From a virus, in IMG/VR virus record IMGVR_UViG_3300023202_000142, positions 32,001-96,000 of that record: DNA of 64,000 nt; one strand, 5' to 3'. A program made the translations under genes and the position numbers. Below, in pieces: positions 59,768-64,000 of this stretch (position 1 is the stretch's first letter; each line of letters opens with the position of its first letter). The notes beneath the pieces were generated by a model. The model did not search any database. It had not been told where the DNA came from and saw only the letters and a program-made list of their open reading frames with translations.

Positions 59768-60402
59768 ACTACTGGCTAGACGAGGCGCGGGTCCTAGAGG
59801 AGGCTGATTACGGGCGTATGAACATGCCTGTGCGTTACCGCGATGCGGTGTGGGATCGTGTGCCTGAAGGCTCGGCAAAAAAGTTCGTAGGGGTCTACCT
59901 TGAGAAGTTGCGTATGATGCGTGATGAGGGGACCGGGTTCTACGTCTATGGGCCCAACGGCCACGGAAAGACCGCGTTAGCTTGCATTGTTTTGCGCGCC
60001 TTTCGGTCTCACGGTCAGCCCTGCCTGTTTGTTCGTCACAGCAAGTTGATTCGGTCGGCCTACAAGGACATTCGGTTGTTCGAGGATGCGCCTCCGCTGT
60101 GGGATCTATCCAGGTCTGTCGACGTGCTGCTGATCGACGATTTCGGCAAGGCGCACGAGTCTGAGTCTGGGTTTTCTGATGCCGAACTCGAAGACCTTTT
60201 GCGCGACCGATATGACAACCGTCTTGTGACTATCTTCACCTCCAACCTGTCGGGCACGAAGCTCGCTGAGCGCGGGGTGATTGAGTCGACTATCTCGGTC
60301 TTGCAAGGGATGGCGGTTCCGTTGGGCCTCATTGGTGAGGGTCAGCGAGCGCAGGAATCCAAGGACGTTTTGAGCATGCTTCTAGGAGAAATTGATGAGT
60401 GA
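59761..60402 (+). CDS. DnaC/IstB-like AAA+ helicase loader
   Basis: P.RYR.A, YGPNGHGKT, LLIDDFGK, LLRDRY.....TIFTSNL. Confidence 0.88.
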   Translation: MVNYWLDEARVLEEADYGRMNMPVRYRDAVWDRVPEGSAKKFVGVYLEKLRMMRDEGTGFYVYGPNGHGKTALACIVLRAFRSHGQPCLFVRHSKLIRSAYKDIRLFEDAPPLWDLSRSVDVLLIDDFGKAHESESGFSDAELEDLLRDRYDNRLVTIFTSNLSGTKLAERGVIESTISVLQGMAVPLGLIGEGQRAQESKDVLSMLLGEIDE

Positions 60403-61039
60403 TCTCGTGAACAAGTTGGTGTCCCGGTTCGACTCGGTGGCGCAGAAGATCTTCCAGGCTCCGATTGAGTCGCTGTCATTCGAGGAGCGCGCTGTGGTTA
60501 GCGCCGCCCTCGCGGTGATCGACAAACACATGAAGGACCGCAGGAAGCGAATCTCCGATCTGCTTCAAGAGCAGATTGAGTTTGGCGACACCGAAGGTTG
60601 GGAGACCGAGCCGACTGAGTCAGGAAAGTCGGTGCGCGTCGACATGCCGCACGTCAAGCTCATGCGGACGGAGTCTGGGGGCGGGCGCAGTCCTGATGTC
60701 GAGAAGATGCGCGCACTGTTGGAGTCGAAAGACATCGACCCATCGAAGGTCGTCAAGCCAACAGGGTACCGCGTCAACATGGATGCGATTGAGGAGGCGA
60801 TTGAGGAGTTCGATCTTGATCGCGACGCGCTGCTGACCCCAAAGGGCTGGGAGGTCGATGAGTCGATCCTTGGCGCGCTCATCGAACTTGGGCACCTCAC
60901 GCTCGAAGAGGTCGAGAACACGTCGACGGAGATCCCGAAGCGGGTGTCACTTCGATGCACTTTCGAGAAGGACACGCAGCAGATGTTGCTGGATCAGATG
61001 AAGGCCATGGAGGGCGAGGGTGGGTCGGACGACGATTGA
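60395..61039 (+). CDS. hypothetical protein
   Basis: ATGA overlap. Confidence 0.7.
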   Translation: MSDLVNKLVSRFDSVAQKIFQAPIESLSFEERAVVSAALAVIDKHMKDRRKRISDLLQEQIEFGDTEGWETEPTESGKSVRVDMPHVKLMRTESGGGRSPDVEKMRALLESKDIDPSKVVKPTGYRVNMDAIEEAIEEFDLDRDALLTPKGWEVDESILGALIELGHLTLEEVENTSTEIPKRVSLRCTFEKDTQQMLLDQMKAMEGEGGSDDD

Positions 61040-61046
61040 TCAGGTG

Positions 61047-62306
61047 ATGTTTCGGCGTTCCGTTGAGGAGTTTGGCGCCCCGTGGCACATCGAAGAATTG
61101 GGACTGAAGCGCGAGCACTTGGAGCCTGATGTTCAGGCTGCCTGGGAGTTCGTAGAGTCCTACATGAAAGAGAACCACGGGGAGATCCCGAGTGACGAGT
61201 TGATCGTCTACGAGATGGGCTGGAACGAGGTTCCGCTCGAAGACCTTCCGGCTGGATCGGTGAAGTACTTTGCGACCGAGATCAAGCGCAGGGAGGTCCA
61301 GGGGCAACTCAACGACATTCTCGACGAGGTCGATTTCATCATGAAAGGCGGGGGCGACTCTGTCTTCGAGGCGCAGTCCAGGCTCATTGAGCTGGTGGAC
61401 GATCTTCGGGCGTTTGGTCTGACGCGAATTTCTGCCGTCAACATCTTCGACCTCTACCCCAAGGTCGAAAAGAACTACGAGCAGTACCAGCAGGGTGATG
61501 TTGGTATCGAGACCCCGTGGCCGACGATGACTGAGTCGATCCTTGGCTTTCAGCTCGGCCATGTCGTTTACTTCGTGGCGCGCCCACAGACAGGGAAGAC
61601 CTGGGCGCTGCTGCGGACCGCGATGCACTGCTATGACTCCGGCCATCGGGTTTTGATGGTCACGCCGGAACTGACTGAGGACGAGTGCGCTGAGCGCCTC
61701 GCGTGCATGCAGGCGCACGTGAGCTACTCGGCGTTTACTCGCGGCCGTCTTGATCCGTACGCCGAAGATCGGCTCAAGAAGCACATCGAGGAGTGCAAGG
61801 AACTCAACGGGTTCTGGGTCAGTGACTCAACGATGGAGTTCGACAAGACCGAGGTTGAGGCGCTGGTGAGCCAGTTCGACCCCGACGTCATCGCAGTGGA
61901 CTCGATCTACTGTTTCGGCGATGGCCGGAACAGAAATGAGCGGATTGCGAATGCGAGTCCGTGGCTGATCGAACTGGCCAGGAAGCATGGGCGCAAGCGC
62001 CTGGTTCTTGCGACATCTCAGATGAACCGGAAGGCGATCAACGCGGAGACGACTACAATTGAGAACATCTACGGGTCGGACGCCGTGGGGCAAGACGCAC
62101 ACGTGATTTACGGGCTGTTTGCCTCGGACGAGATGTATCGAGACAAGCGGCTGGGGATGACCCAGCTCAAGGTGCGCCGCGGAGTGCGGCATGACCCGTT
62201 CTACTGTAACTGGGACCTCGACGTGATGGATTTCGGGGAGACCCGTACCAACCAAACTGGCTACGAACGAGAGGAGGATGAGGATGACGACGCCTACAAC
62301 TATTGA
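61047..62306 (+). CDS. dnaB: DnaB-like replicative helicase
   Basis: ARPQTGKT Walker A, PEL, VDSIY, SQMNR, GSDAVGQDA; start may be GTG 61044 or 61020. Confidence 0.88.
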   Translation: MFRRSVEEFGAPWHIEELGLKREHLEPDVQAAWEFVESYMKENHGEIPSDELIVYEMGWNEVPLEDLPAGSVKYFATEIKRREVQGQLNDILDEVDFIMKGGGDSVFEAQSRLIELVDDLRAFGLTRISAVNIFDLYPKVEKNYEQYQQGDVGIETPWPTMTESILGFQLGHVVYFVARPQTGKTWALLRTAMHCYDSGHRVLMVTPELTEDECAERLACMQAHVSYSAFTRGRLDPYAEDRLKKHIEECKELNGFWVSDSTMEFDKTEVEALVSQFDPDVIAVDSIYCFGDGRNRNERIANASPWLIELARKHGRKRLVLATSQMNRKAINAETTTIENIYGSDAVGQDAHVIYGLFASDEMYRDKRLGMTQLKVRRGVRHDPFYCNWDLDVMDFGETRTNQTGYEREEDEDDDAYNY

Positions 62307-62697
62307 TGTTTACGCAGCGCGCGCCCGCGCGGAGCTTTTGAGGCGTAAGTTTTCGGTGAAGCAGGTCAAGGAGGGCGAGTTCGATCTCGGATTGGGGAAC
62401 TACTACCTGATCCGGGTCGGCATCGTTGAGGAGGATCTGGAGATCAAGGTCGATGAGTTCGTTGACCTTCTGGAGACGAGTCTCAAGAAGTATCTCGATG
62501 ATCTTCACGAGAAGGAACAGGAGTTGTCGGAGATCACGATGCAGTTACCTCCTCGGCCTGAGCCGCCCTCTCAGAGGGGTCAGCCCGCCAGAGTAGAGGA
62601 GGACGTCGACATCAAGCCGCGCACGATCCGCGATCAGATTTACCGCGAATTCCTTCACGCTCGCGCAGAGAAGCTCAAGGAAGTGAGGACGTCGTGA
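62284..62697 (+). CDS. hypothetical protein
   Basis: GAGGA SD. Confidence 0.65.
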   Translation: MTTPTTIDVYAARARAELLRRKFSVKQVKEGEFDLGLGNYYLIRVGIVEEDLEIKVDEFVDLLETSLKKYLDDLHEKEQELSEITMQLPPRPEPPSQRGQPARVEEDVDIKPRTIRDQIYREFLHARAEKLKEVRTS

Positions 62698-63347
62698 CGC
62701 TGACTGGTGAAGAGATCAAGAAGAACATCGAGGCTGGTCTCATCGGGGTCACGCCGTTCGATCCGGTGCGTGTTGGTGCAAACAGTATCGACATGACTCT
62801 GGCGGATGAGTTGAAGGTATATGTGGATCGCGAAGGTCGTCCGCTCGACCTTGTTTATGCTGAGGCGCTCCACCTTCATCCACAGGACGGGGGATACCCT
62901 GCCGAGAATGCCATGGTGAGGAGCCTGGAGCGCCGTGGGGCGATCCTGGACGTTCGTGAGCCCCCCAGGACACGTAGGGTAAGGATCCCGGATGACGGCA
63001 TCGTGCTGCTTCCTGGTCGGGGGTACCTGGCGCGCACTGCTGAGCGGGTTTCGACGGACCACTTCGTCGCACACATGCACGGCAGGTCCAGTGTGGGTCG
63101 GTTGTTCGTTTCGGTTCACCAGACAGCAGGATGGGGCGATGTTGGATTCGCAGGAACATGGACGATGGAGATCACGGTCATTCACCCTGTCAGGGTCTAC
63201 GCCGGGATGGCCATCGCGCAACTCGCATTCGACAAGCCGCTCGGAGAGAGGACGCTGTATGGAGAGCGACGAGGGTCGAAGTACCAGGACCAGCGAGAAC
63301 CGGAGGAGTCTCGACTCTACTGGGACTTCAAAGGTCAGGAAGAATGA
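62694..63347 (+). CDS. dcd: dCTP deaminase
   Basis: ANSIDMTL, GRSSVGRL, AGWGDVGFAGTWTMEI, IAQLAF, YQDQ. Confidence 0.93.
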   Translation: MTLTGEEIKKNIEAGLIGVTPFDPVRVGANSIDMTLADELKVYVDREGRPLDLVYAEALHLHPQDGGYPAENAMVRSLERRGAILDVREPPRTRRVRIPDDGIVLLPGRGYLARTAERVSTDHFVAHMHGRSSVGRLFVSVHQTAGWGDVGFAGTWTMEITVIHPVRVYAGMAIAQLAFDKPLGERTLYGERRGSKYQDQREPEESRLYWDFKGQEE

Positions 63348-63369
63348 CATCGTCGATATCGGCGGACCT

Positions 63370-63660
63370 GTGCGCGCCGAGACGGTTGAGGAGGTCGACG
63401 GAGGTTATCGTGTGAATGGTGAATTCTTCACCGAGCACGGTGTGGCCGACGCGTTGTTGTCTCGTGAGGAGGACATGGCGTCGACGATCGTCCGTCAGCT
63501 CCGTTTCCAGGAATCGATGCTGCGTTCGCAGATCGTGTTGATGGGTGACTCAAATCGGCAGGGTCATGCGGAGTGGCATGGTGCGATGCGAGAACTGGAA
63601 AGGATGCTCTACACCGTTCGCCGTATGCTGCGCCACCGCGGCGCCCGGGAGTCGGAGTGA
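63370..63660 (+). CDS. hypothetical protein, start uncertain
   Basis: open frame filling the gap before primase. Confidence 0.45.
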   Translation: MRAETVEEVDGGYRVNGEFFTEHGVADALLSREEDMASTIVRQLRFQESMLRSQIVLMGDSNRQGHAEWHGAMRELERMLYTVRRMLRHRGARESE

Positions 63661-64000
63661 ATGAGTCGTCTGTCATCGAGTTTTTGAAGGCTCTGGGGTG
63701 CCGCAAGATTCAGGCTCAGGACCCCGACAGGGAGGGGAAGGTCAAGGTCAAGGCGACCTGTCCGTTTGAGAGGTGGGGGCATTCTGGTGGTATTGACAGT
63801 GATCCGTCGTTCAGCATCTGGGTGAATGATACGGGGGCGAGCACATACAACTGTTTTGCCTGCGGAGAGGTTCACGGCTGGGTCTGGAGCCTTCCTAAAC
63901 GACTGGCGGGGATGCCGGGAAATGATCGTAGATACCCCGAGGCCAGGAGGATTTTGCGCGAAAATGAGGTGCGAAAGCGTGGTCGAGAGGCTGGCGATTT
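63657..64000 (+). CDS. DNA primase N-terminal CHC2 zinc-binding domain, truncated by window end; not in ORF track
   Basis: GTG start; CPF..WGH..D..PSF.......YNCFACG. Confidence 0.8.
   Translation, partial: MNESSVIEFLKALGCRKIQAQDPDREGKVKVKATCPFERWGHSGGIDSDPSFSIWVNDTGASTYNCFACGEVHGWVWSLPKRLAGMPGNDRRYPEARRILRENEVRKRGREAGD

Noticed and set aside
58700-61784. Long - strand ORFs (58700-59878, 60897-61784), and similarly 4825-5736 and 37594-38358
   Set aside because: They lie opposite well-supported genes and lack recognisable motifs or RBS.

Overview
64 kb segment of a large, GC-rich (roughly 60-65% by eye) dsDNA bacteriophage genome. It uses the standard genetic code (TAA, TAG and TGA all end genes) and shows no rRNA, CRISPR or host core genes. 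Layout: 1-24 kb is densely tiled small + strand ORFs, mostly of unknown function. 21-27 kb holds nucleotide and modification genes (NDT-like, TGT-like, DNA methyltransferase, guanylate kinase, GNAT, ThyX). 27.1-30.2 kb holds 17 tRNA genes in two arrays plus a Lys pair. 34-46.5 kb is mostly - strand (two PP-loop/PAPS-reductase-like enzymes, HNH, GroES, several HTH proteins, serine recombinase, CsrA). 46.5-53.5 kb has membrane, lysis-like and virion-like genes. 53.6-64 kb is a replication region (wHTH protein, SWIM protein, Dda/RecD-like helicase, initiator-like protein, DnaC-like ATPase, DnaB-like helicase, dCTP deaminase, partial primase). Lipoproteins, spanin-like proteins and CsrA suggest a diderm host, possibly Myxococcota/Deltaproteobacteria (inference only). 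Main observations: (1) each tRNA array follows a promoter, a 33-35 codon leader ORF enriched in the amino acids that array supplies, an antiterminator/terminator pair and a boxA-like element, which looks like ribosome-coupled attenuation sensing tRNA depletion; (2) about 19 unrelated proteins, including HicA-, ART-, GNAT-, ParB- and DarA-like domains, share a short L-x-E-x-(I/V)-D-x-L-L-E-A tag resembling a capsid-targeting/protease site; (3) about 23 promoters carry a 17-bp palindromic operator, and a subset has a conserved ACCCC-loop hairpin plus GGAGGTAGC ribosome-binding site whose exact complement lies in a structured intergenic RNA at 57.2-57.5 kb; (4) one gapless Zn-ribbon is fused to three different base-modifying enzymes. 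All annotation is by eye from motifs; no database searches were run.
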